From Paramoeba atlantica (lineage: Eukaryota > Protista > Discosea), in assembly GCA_977017575.1 (NCBI GenBank), contig CDRNVI010000012.1, forward strand, positions 744,001 through 808,000: a DNA stretch of 64,000 nucleotides, read 5' to 3'. Under the pieces are notes generated by a model. That model worked only from the letters and a program-made list of their open reading frames with translations, searched no databases and was not told the origin of the DNA. The position numbers were made by a program, and so were the translations under genes. Positions 34,284-44,880 of this stretch are shown one piece after another (the stretch's first letter is position 1; each line of letters starts with the position of its first letter).

Positions 34284-35463
34284 GATAGTGATAGTGATAG
34301 TGATTACAGGCGGTTACCCTAGTACAAGGATGTCGCCTCCCCTGAGAAAGCAGGGGAACTTGGGGGAAGGAGCCTGGTCGCTGGATCATCGAAACTCTTG
34401 CGAGTTTCGAATAGGGTATGCAAATCGGTGAGCGATTTGCTGCCTCCGCAGATCCTAGGACTTCCTTCCCCGGGCACGTGGAGAGCTAAGCCCTCGCTAT
34501 TCGGCGAACTGGGTGTTAGCCCTGATTCATTCCGAATGCCCCACGTCTCCCGAAGGAGAAACTAGTGCCATATTCGGGAGTATCAAGTCTCAGCTTCAAC
34601 GGTTTTTGGCTCCTCAGCTTCAACGGACCAAGTCTTCTAGGGTGTTATACCTTTGAGCGGACTTGGCTCCTCAGCTTCAAAGGGCTAAACCTCGGCTTCA
34701 ACGAGCTCGTGTCTCTCCGAATTATGACCCTATCCCTGGAAAGCTAAAAATAGGGAGCGAACAAACACTATTTTTTCCGTATCGCGAATGGAGTTTTGCG
34801 TGTTCTTTTAAGATTAGTTTCTGACTCGTACAATTTAATTGCCTTATACCAGCATTTCTTATTTTGTGCTTTTGTTTTCCAATGTATGATAGGTCCCATA
34901 TCTGCTCTTGAGAGCGCTGACTCTATGTTTCTCTGATATGTATGGGTTGTTTTCCTAGAAATGTACCTTGCCAATGTTTTGGCTTTGTATTTACCGAAGA
35001 GGATTTTATTTGGTACTCTTTCAGATCCCATTCTGGCGATGTGGCCCACAAAATGGAGTAGTCTGATATCAATTTTTGCCTGGAGTGGCCCCATACCGGA
35101 TAATCTTCATACCGGATACATCATCATCATACCGGATAATCTTAGGCTTTCTTTCTGGGAGATGTACCTTGTCTTCTGTGACGCTGTTATTTCCTGCTTA
35201 TGGTTTCGGCATCGTTGAGGTGTATTTATCACCCACGGTATCCCCATTGCTACCTTCACTAATCTGATGTAAGTTTTGTTAAGCTTCTTGAGTAGTTGTA
35301 CCGTCAGTGCCCAAGAAATGCATCCAAACAGTAGTCGGGATACGACGCATGCTTCAGAAATCCAGTTCGTGCTTTCACGTACATTAACAAAGAATATGAA
35401 AAGATATATTAAGAAGAAATATAACAACAAGGTACATAAATTAAGAAATATAACAACAAGGTA
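34284..35463 (-). mobile_element. 5'-truncated RTE-like LINE with (ATCACT)n tail and two SL remnants at its 5' end
   Basis: RLLHFVGHIARMGSERVPNKILFG; 14-bp TSD CATCCGCAGTCGGT at 34270-34283 and 35464-35477. Confidence 0.8.
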
Positions 35464-35879
35464 CATCCGCAGTCGGTACGTTCGCCGCTACCATCGAACA
35501 CGTCAGCGCGGTTGTTTGCGACCCCAATTCATTCGCAATCGCCGTTACCACAGGCACGGTCGACACCATTGCCTCTGACATCGCACGTGCGATCGTCTCC
35601 GATGCCACATCATCCGCAATCGCCGCCACCTTCGCCACCGCAGCCACCTTCGCCACCGCTGCCGCAGTCGCAGTCGGTACCGTCTTCACCTCCACCATCT
35701 CACGCACCGTTGCAAATCAAATCTCCGACGCACAGTCATCCGGGATCTCCACCGCCACCTTTATCTCCACCGCCGGTGCCAACGCCGAAGCAGTCGGTCA
35801 AGAATCCGCCAAAGAAACCGTCCTTCTACGACACACTCGCCGCATGTGAAGGGCACTGGTCGAGCTCCATTGTGGTCGA

Positions 35880-36218
35880 GCTCCGCTGGTGAGAGAGCCT
35901 CGCAAGCTCCACACACCCTAGCGTGAGTCATCCCTGGTGGTGGAACAGAATATAACGACTGATCCACTACTTCTTTGCCCTAGGATGCGAATCCATCGGG
36001 CATTGAAGTCACGGATGACGAGTCAGGCCACGCAACCTGACAGGTATTGCTTGTCTATCTGCGAGTGCGGCATCCCACTGGGAAAGTCTGCGCGCGACTG
36101 ACAGCGTACCACCCACGGAGTACGGTAATACCCGGTGCCGTTTCGCACGAGCACTAAATAACTAGGGTGTACTCTGAACCCATAGCCAGTCATGGCCAAA
36201 CGGGTTAAACAACAACAA
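35880..36218 (+). mobile_element. Short non-coding retroposon-like segment ending in (CAA)n; 5' boundary uncertain
   Basis: Microsatellite tail; carries the structured motif at about 36128-36170. Confidence 0.45.
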
Positions 36219-37418
36219 CAACAACTTTCGATGAGTACTCATCGAAGCGTTTTTGAGCGACTCTAATAGCGATTTTCGAGCTTTTTTTATTACTCACCGA
36301 AGCGTTTGCGGCAAACAAACTGGAGCATTTGTGGAAAACAAATTCGCAATCCTGCGGAAGGGGTAGACACAGGTTCTCAGCTGCTGGAGCGCACGGGTCG
36401 CCAAAAAATATTATTATGTCCCAGGGCTACGCTCACAGTTGGGCCTTGCTTGCAAACAGGGGCTTTTGCCTCCAGAAGTGGGCTACGCTCACAGTTGGGC
36501 CTTGCCTCTGGACAATCCTGCGGAAGGGGTAGGTAGACGGGTTGGGGGTACGTTCGTTTAGTTCTCAACGAACGGAAATTTACGGTGGAAGTCACGGACT
36601 TTTGCATAAGTCAAGGACTTTTGTGGAACACCCAATAATTTTTTTTGATTTTCTTTTTCCGTGCGTTCAGTATCCTACACTTCGCTACATACGTTGACAA
36701 CGCCTGCGTAGCGAAAACTACGAAATTCAGTGAGCTTCGCAAATTGCTTCCCACTAACGACACAGGGGAATCCTACGCGGGGTACGGCTCAGGCCCGCTC
36801 ACGCGGTCCCTCGCCGTTTCGCGGCCGCGCGCACCCCCGCTCACGCGGGGGCCCCCGCGCGGCCAAAATGGGTACTAAAATTTGTTATCAAGGTAGTTGG
36901 GTTTCGCCAATTGCTTCCCACGAATGGGTACTAAAATTTGTTAAGTTAACGAAGTTAACGAACAGTTGGGCCTTGCTCGCAAACGGGGGCTTTTGCCACC
37001 AGTATTGGGCTTCGCTCACAGTCGGGCCTTGCTTGCAGGCGTGGGCTTCGCTCACAGTTGGGCCTTTCTTCCTCCTCCCTCTAAGGACCTGCAGATTTTT
37101 TACGGTCACAGGGTACGTTCGTTGAGTACTCAACGAAAATCCGGATTTTCGTTGAGAAATCAACGAACGTACCCCCAAGCAGGGGTAGACACAGGTTCTC
37201 AGTGCGCGACCCGCACGCTGGAGCGCACGGGTCGCCAAAAAATATTATTATGTCCCAGGGCTACGCTCACAGTTGGCCCTTCGCAAAAAATTGATAAAAT
37301 ACGAAAAATTGAAAAAGTCAAAAACACCTTCGATGAGTACTCATCGAAAGTCTACAACTTTCCGTGAGACTCATCGAAAGTCTACAACTTACGATGAGTA
37401 CTCATCGAAGGTCCCCCC

Positions 37419-40199
37419 TAGCCGAACATCTTAGTGAGGCACAACGTCTGGAATTGGAAATCGACCGTCGCTCGATAAGGAATGCACTACAAGCGGCCAA
37501 GGCGGACAACCTCAGCAAGGCAACAAGAATTCTAGACAATATATACAAAGATTCATCCCTCAATGCCGATGGGAAGTCGAACAAGCTTAGCGACCTTCAC
37601 CCCAAAGGTCCCTTACCACAAAACATCGATGGAGACTTCCCTCGAATCGGGGTAGTTGATCAATCGGAGTTGCGTCAAGCGACGGCAAGGCTATCAAAAG
37701 GAGCATCGCCAGGGCCCACAGGATTCAGTGAAAACATGATGAGACTTCTGGTAGAGGATGAGGAATCGTGTCTCGCACTCTGTCACATGTTCCGCGACGT
37801 CATCAACGGAGATCTCGCAGAAAACATTCGTCAACGCCTAACTCGCTGCAGGATCATCGCGTTAGCAAAACCTCAAAACGGGATACGACCAGTGGCAATG
37901 GGAGACACTATCCTCAAGATCTGCGGAACGATTCTTTTAATGCGACACAGCAATACAGTGGAGAAATTTTTCCAGCCAGTGCAGCGAGGTATTCTTCAAC
38001 GGAATGCGTGTGAATCAATAGTTCATCAGCTTTTGGACGAACACGACGCCGGCTACACGATTCTCACAGTGGATTTTAAGAATGCCTACAACACACCGCA
38101 TCGTACTGCAATTGCTCAAGCCCTACTACAACAGCCTTCGATCTTCAAACCTTTCATGAGAATGTTTCACCTAGAATACGGCAAGCCTTCAGATCTCCTT
38201 TTCTTCGCAAACAATTCGTTACACTCCGTGATTGAATGTTCTTGTGGGGTCAGACAAGGGTCCGCCTTATCCTCGCTCTACTTTTGTGCGTTACTGCAGG
38301 GTCCTTTGAAGGAAGTCGCCAGTCTTTACCCGGAGGTCAAGATAAGAGCATATCAGGACGACGTCACAATGAGTTCAACAAATACGACATCCCTAGAAGC
38401 AGCATTCCTCCATTTGCGAGAATCAACTCAGGATTTGAACCTAGAAATCAATTTCAACAAGTGCGAATGGTTCAAGTCTTCAAAGACACAAGAATTTGAC
38501 GCTTCACCTCTACGAACGCTGGGAGTTAAAAAGTGTGATGATTCAATCAAAGTTCTAGGGATACATCGGCAGAGATAAAATAGTAGAAGAGAAGCTCCTC
38601 GAGAAAATGTCAAAACACGAATGCCTGTTTCGAAGGTTGCGCATCATGGGTCCGAGCAATTTGTCATTAGCAATTCTAAAACGATGCACAGTGCCGCGTC
38701 AAGATTATCACCTTAGAGTGCACAAACCAGTGGCAACCTTTTCATTGGCAGAAGAGTTCGACAAAGAAGTACAATCTGTCATGATGAAATGGTGCGGAGC
38801 GAATGGTGACTCCTTAAAACTTGCCACTTTGCCATGTAAGTTGGGAGGTTTAGGTATTATTTCGACTGTTGTGAAGCAACGATACTTTTTTGAGGCCTCG
38901 CGGAAATCTATCGAAGAGCTTTTAAAACCCGCTAACGCTCCGGTAGGTTGCACGGGAACTCAGAAGAGTCAGAGCCTCATGAAGAGTCAGAATCAAGCAT
39001 CACGCACCCAACTAAGGAAACAAATGAAAAGCGAACACGAAACACTGGCAACAAAACTGAACGAAAATCCTAGCATTGCTCGCATCACGAAGAGGTCAAA
39101 AGAGTCCAACGTGCATTTGGACTCGACGCACAACTACGTAAACCCCTATCTTTTCAAATACACGTTAATGATGAGACTAGGTGTCAGCATCACAAAAGCG
39201 CCGAAAGATATTGCTTGCCCTGGATGTGGAGTCATGGAAACGCCAAGCAGTATTATGTCCCACGTAGCAGGATGTTCGCGTTGTTCTGGAATGAATTGCA
39301 CTCGAAAACATTCTCACATTGTTCGTTACCTGGCCGATTTATGTACGAAAGCAGGCCTTCCGTATGCAATAGAACCACGAATCCATTCGTCCTTCTTCTG
39401 TAAAATGCAAGTGCTCTTTTTCTTCCGAGGCGGCGGAGGATCACCCGTGTCGCGCTAGGCGTATCCGATCAGGCCCGGATTTGGCCATTATGTGGCCCAA
39501 TGCGGGCGAAATGCTTTACGACATTACGGTAGTGCACACATGTTGCAGCAGTTACATCAAGAAAACGAGTTCTGCCCTCCTTCAAAATGCGTTAGACAGA
39601 AAGAAACAGAAGTACATAGAAGAGAAAGGACTTGACCCTGAATTTTTCCGATGCATTGCTGTCACCGACTGTGGTTTATTGCACGACAACACCATGAAAG
39701 CATGCGAAAGTAATTTTGAAGACCATTGTATCGAATGAGAAAATGTACATAGAAGGTTATTTTGGAGACAGTCATAATTTAAAAATTCAATTGATTGACA
39801 TTGGCCTTTTTTCACTACTCATAGTTTAAAATTTTTGGAGGGTGCAGACTTCCCAGTCGTTAGTTCATGGTGTTTTTAGTTTAGACAGCGCGCATCATAC
39901 TCGATGATTATGAAGATATTTTGAAATCTATTGTAATAGCAACAAAGATCACTATCAGATTACAACGAAACATTAAATGATTGAGATACAGTTTATTTCA
40001 ATACAGTTTACTACCTTTTTTCTATGGCGAAAAAATTAAAAATCTAATCAAAACCCTAGCGAACAGAGCGGACCTTAGTTTCGAAGCTACACGCCAAGCC
40101 TTTCAGTTGGAGATCGAAAAATTCGCTGCGTACACAGTGGTTTCACAACTGCGAAATTACGTATCAGAAGAGAAATGGGTCGGAGGAATACGAGCTTAA
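37419..40199 (+). pseudogene. CRE-clade RT-RLE ORF (YQDD family), 5'-truncated, frameshifted, with an insert of about 330 bp near 39700-40035
   Basis: GIRPVAMGD, DFKNAYN, GVRQGS, AYQDD, CPGC, SGPDL, KWVGGIRA*. Confidence 0.85.
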
Positions 40200-40769
40200 A
40201 TTCAGTGTTCGTTTGAATGCGATGAAAATATTTGAATGAAAGTGTGTGTTAGAATTTGAATGAATTTCCCGAATCTCCTCTTCTGCTGGTTCTATCTCGA
40301 TTTTGGTTTGTTCGTTATTTTTTTGAGGCTTTTTGGAGATATGATTCAGGTATGTAATCACCTCCAGGCTCTTATTCTGTTGCTATCTGGTTTTTGATCG
40401 AACTACGGCACTGCCCGGTACCAAACATAACAAGGTACTAAACAACTAGGGTGAGTGACCTGCATGCTTATTTTCATGTTTTCTTATTCTACATTTCACA
40501 TTGTAGATTCTTTTATTGCGCTGTCCGGTTTCGATTTGATTGTGGCACCATCCGGTACCGAATATAACAAGGTACTACACAACTAGGGTGACTGCCACAC
40601 AGGATTTCTTTTCTTTGACGCTCAGCTCCCTGCTGCGCGGGGTATGGGATAATATATTAGGTTATCAAAAAAAAAATGTCATATTCTTTTAGGATATTAC
40701 TTCATCTTGTTTTAAAAAAAATGATATTTTATTTATAAAAGGATTTTCTATAGACGCAAATAAGCAAAT

Positions 40770-41348
40770 TTCCCGTTGGATGCGTTCGTTTATCCCATGA
40801 TACCCAATCATAGCTTTGGTAGCACGTCTGTTTAGAAGTAGTCCTACGCCGTTTATAAACTTTTTCTTCGTTCCGTGACCACTATGTAGTAATGTCCAAG
40901 GACCATTCTCTGTTACGATTTGAATTCGGTTGACACCGGGAATGCGACATTCCTGAACACCAAGTATGTCGATGTCCGCTTGCGTTGCTAGCCTAGCAGT
41001 GTTCGACGCATTAGTTACCCAGCAATCTGATGTATCATTCAACCGGCCACCCCAGGAGCGTACATTGTAGGTTCCTAAACAGAAACTATTCCTTTCAGTT
41101 GCCTGAATTTTTAGTTTGTCGTTCACGAGCACACTTTGTTCTTCGGGCTTGCTTTTGCCAAAAGACGAGGGGTTATTTTCATTCTTTTTTTGTTTTTGCG
41201 TTACATTTTCATTCCTACGTTTAAGCTGGCGGTCTGCACCCTCGGTTGATCGTTTTGCTCTTTTTCCCATTCACGAAAACGTGTCTACCGTGCTGTGATG
41301 TGTCATGAAAATTGTTAGAGGTGTAAAAAAAAAACAACAAGGTACAGA
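40770..41348 (-). mobile_element. 5' end of an APE-type LINE with a truncated SL relic
   Basis: GTYNVRS, ILGVQECR, NGVGLLL; TCTGTACCTTGTTG at 41335-41348. Confidence 0.8.
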
Positions 41349-41349
41349 G

Positions 41350-41760
41350 CGACGCAATTGCCGCCTTTGTCATCACAGAAGAAATTTCCCGACAAGCCAC
41401 CGAGCGACACGCCCCCACAGAACTCATCGCCGAACGCTCCTCCACCGCAGGCCCCTCCCCCCCCTCAACCCCCGCAATCGCGACCTACGCAGTCACCACT
41501 TCCGCAGTCGCCTCCGCAACCGCCCCAGCAGTCCACCCTACCCCTGCCTCGGGCGCCGCTCTCTCCGCCACCTCCGCTTCCAAATTCAATAACACCTCCT
41601 TCTCCGAAGGCACACCCCAAACGTGCGAACCAGCAAAACAGTGGCATGACAGAAGGAAACGGGTCCACGGAAGGAAACGGGTCCACGGTTAAAATTAAAA
41701 CTGCACACCTGCCGTCCAATACATTTCGTCGCCTTGGCAAGAGGCTAAATCTCATGAACT
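41350..41760 (+). pseudogene. Pro-rich N-terminal fragment of a CRE-clade ORF
   Basis: VKIKTAHLPSNTFRRLGKRLNL resembles VTIKNALLSSNFFNRRNKQLNL in 514..4581. Confidence 0.65.
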
Positions 41761-41764
41761 GTCC

Positions 41765-44700
41765 TATCCTATCCTATCCTATAAGACCGATTTACATCGG
41801 TTAAGAACACATCCGTTTTTGTCGTCGCTTCGACGTCTTTCTCTCAGGTGAATTCGCCCTTTCATGCTCCTTGTCCGCTGAACCGGGCGTGGTACGTCTT
41901 TCATGCAACTTTTTATTTTTGGCATCACATTCCTCAGGCAAACACTCTTTCTTTTCAGGAGAATCCACTCCAGTCTCTACAGGTGGCGAGGTACCCTTTT
42001 TGGAGAGAGGATCACCTTCTGCAATCTTGAAGTAATCCCGTCTTTTCCCTAATGGCTTAGGTATTTGGCCACAGTGTTTCCGAGGACGATTCATGGTTTG
42101 GACGGTTTCTGAGCTAACCCTTTGAGCTTCTGAGGCACTTGTCGCAGTCTTTCTCCTCTTTATTTCTGAGGCTGGGACTATTTTTCTCGACCCTGCAAGC
42201 GCCAAGGTGTCTGCCTTCTCATTGTAAATGTTCCCGTTGTGGGATTTCACTTTGCACACGTAACACCTTTTATCCATCGATTGGAGCGTTCGAATTTCCC
42301 GATCCAATTTCTCAAGGATACCCCCATTCGGTAGATTGTTATACCCAATGATTCGCCGTCGTAGACGAGTATGATGGAAGAAATTCCATACATATAACGA
42401 ATCGGTGTGTATGACAACTGTTTGAGCCTCATTAGGTATCCTTTCCAGCGCTTCCCTCAGCGATTCAACCTCAGCTCTCTCAGCTGAGCCAGCATCCAGT
42501 GCTATGGAATAGTATTTGTCTTCTGTTCCACTCATTCTCAGAACTATTCCCGCACCGGATCTTTGTTCCTTGGACCCCCGCAACTGCCGAACAGAGCCAT
42601 CAATATACATATGAACCTCACCCTCACTCATGGGGAACGGATCCGAGCCTTCCTCCACAAATTGTAGCTCATAAGAGCTTTTGCTTTTGACCGCTTGAGT
42701 GTGTTTAGTTTTCCACCTTGGAGACCTTAATACCTCATACATCGGAAGTGGTTCAAGTTTCTGCCTGAGCTCATCGCATAGCTTTTGCCAGTGTATCCGA
42801 TCCTGCGAGTAAACAAGCGCCTGCTCCAGAGTGACCCCTAGATCATTAAAACTTGCTTCGCTAGGAGAAATATTTCTTGTTTTTTCCGTGCTATTCCATT
42901 GAACGAGCTCGCGAAACGTAGAGGAGTGCCTGAGCATGTGGCCAACGATTTTCGCACGGGCAACACGATGCACGGTCGAAAATCGAGGCGTACCACAATA
43001 CAAGGACTCTAATGGGTAGCAGTGTCCGAAATCGTCAAGCTTTGCTGAGTTACAAGCGAATCTCCTCATCATATTTACCTCAACCTCCGTTTTTCGAAGC
43101 ATTTTGTTAGAAAGAGAAAGACAGGCTGCACCAAACGTTAAAATAGGGTAGATCAAGCAGTCAAACAGGCGTATTTTCGTGGCAGCACTCAGAGGAGAAG
43201 CCCAAATGCCACTGAGTTTACGAAATGCTGCCCATGTGAGCCTTAGCCTGTCCTTGATGGGGGATGATGCTGTAGCATCTTGAAGATGACCAAGATGCCG
43301 GTAGGAATCCACAAGAGGAATTTTGCCAAGCGATCCTGCTCGAAGTTCTCGCGTCCCCCCCGGAACTTTCCCAAAGGCCATCCACGCAGTCTTGGTTTTC
43401 CCCACGGCAATCCTCAGATTAGCTGGTTTTGCCTCATTTGCCGTAGCTTCGATCATTTGCGATATTTCATGTTTCGTGGAAGCTAAAAGTGCTATGTCGT
43501 CTGCGTAGTCGATGTCCTTTAGTCTAAACTCTTGAATTCCCCTGCTTTTCGTCCCGCTGCTCCTTAGAAGAATCCCGAGCGGCTTGTTATCGAGTGCTTT
43601 GTTGAGAATCCTATCGATTACAAGCACAAAGAGGTAAGGAGCAAGCACGTCCCCTTGAAGAATTCCTGTTTCAATGGGAAAAGAATCCGTATTTCCGTAT
43701 GGTGTGCGGACTATTCCTTTTAAATTCGAGTACAAGGACATTACCATCCTAGTAAGCGCGGGTCCGACATGAAAGGCATTCAATGCAGCACGGATGGCAT
43801 GAAACGATACCGAGGGAAATGCTTTTGCGAAGTCCATGAATGCCACTGCAATGCCTTTCTTGCCCCTGGTCGCACGAACTCTTGCATCATTCATAATGAT
43901 TTGCGCCCCTGCCGTGGACCTTTCTGGCCGAAAACCAAATTGACTGTCGCGAAGGAGCGGCTCGATGGATGGTCTGACTCTTTTCAGGATCATTGCATTC
44001 ATCAATTTAACCGCACTGTTCACGAGACAGATTGGCCGCCAATTCGCTATTTGTGTCAGGTCGCCTTTTTTTGGAATAGGCACCTGAAGGACAATTTTCC
44101 AGGACGCAGGCGAAACCCCTGTTCGATGAACCTCGTTTATAATATGTAATAAGGATTTTCTCAGCTCAGCATGTTCTGTGATCATTCTGAGTGCCTCCGC
44201 CGGAATTTGGTCTATTCCAGGTGCCTTGTTGCGCGCTAGTCTACTGATGCCGTCCTCGAGCTCTTCTACAGTGAAACTTTCATCGTTGATTGGTACTTTC
44301 GGGCTGACTACTTTGTCAAATTTTATATCTTTATCTCCGCGATCATCGGACCCCATACGAGCAAAGAAATCTTTAACAAAAGAGTTTCCCTTGTCGACGA
44401 GGTCTCGATGCAAAGAGTCTCCCTGTACAAACCGCAAATTCTACGTAGCGTACGCCACGGATTAGAACGGTTTCGCCGCAGACCTGCTTCAATTTCGTCG
44501 CATTCCTGCCCAATCTGCGCCTCAATTTCTTCTCCGTGCTCTTTTAGCACTTCCTTGAAGTGGTCCGGTTTTCGACTCTGAAGAAATAAGTCGCGAAACC
44601 CTGAGATGCGCAGTGTTTCTGTACCCGGTGGTGTGTTTTCTGTCCCTGTAGGCGCGTTGGTCGTTTTTGTGGTTCGGTCCATTTTTGAGAGTCTTTTCGC

Positions 44701-44880
44701 TGTGTGTACCATATTTTCCGATAAGTGTTCCCATGTGATCTCTTCCTCTTTCTTCGCCATTTCCCACACTGCTTGCTGGAAGGATGCCTTCCTCTCTTCA
44801 TCTCCAAGTCTTGGCCAGGGTACCTTGCTTTGTCCCCCTGTACCTTTAGAACGCCTCTTGATTTTCTTTGGTATGTGGGT
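41765..44880 (-). mobile_element. Second-family LINE RT + RNase H (3' two-thirds) with (TAGGA)n tail and one frameshift near 44390
   Basis: PKKGDL, QGDVLAP, YADD, YIDGS, AERAE, HTDS, SHNGN. Confidence 0.88.

Larger units (their letters stand above)
34006..37418. mobile_element. Non-autonomous TIR element (backbone about 1.26 kb) with nested inserts at 34070-36218
   Basis: 27-bp perfect TIR GGGGGGACCTTCGATGAGTACTCATCG, TA outside each end; internal GCTCACAGTTGGGCC repeats. Confidence 0.75.

Noticed and set aside
38345-38362. YQDD and FIDD variants of the CRE RT motif as unusual chemistry
   Set aside because: Both catalytic aspartates are retained; the first two positions vary commonly in non-LTR RTs.
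44380-44440. Frameshift in the second LINE family as recoding
   Set aside because: The homologous region of the intact LINE is continuous. The shift recurs only because the unit was tandemly duplicated.
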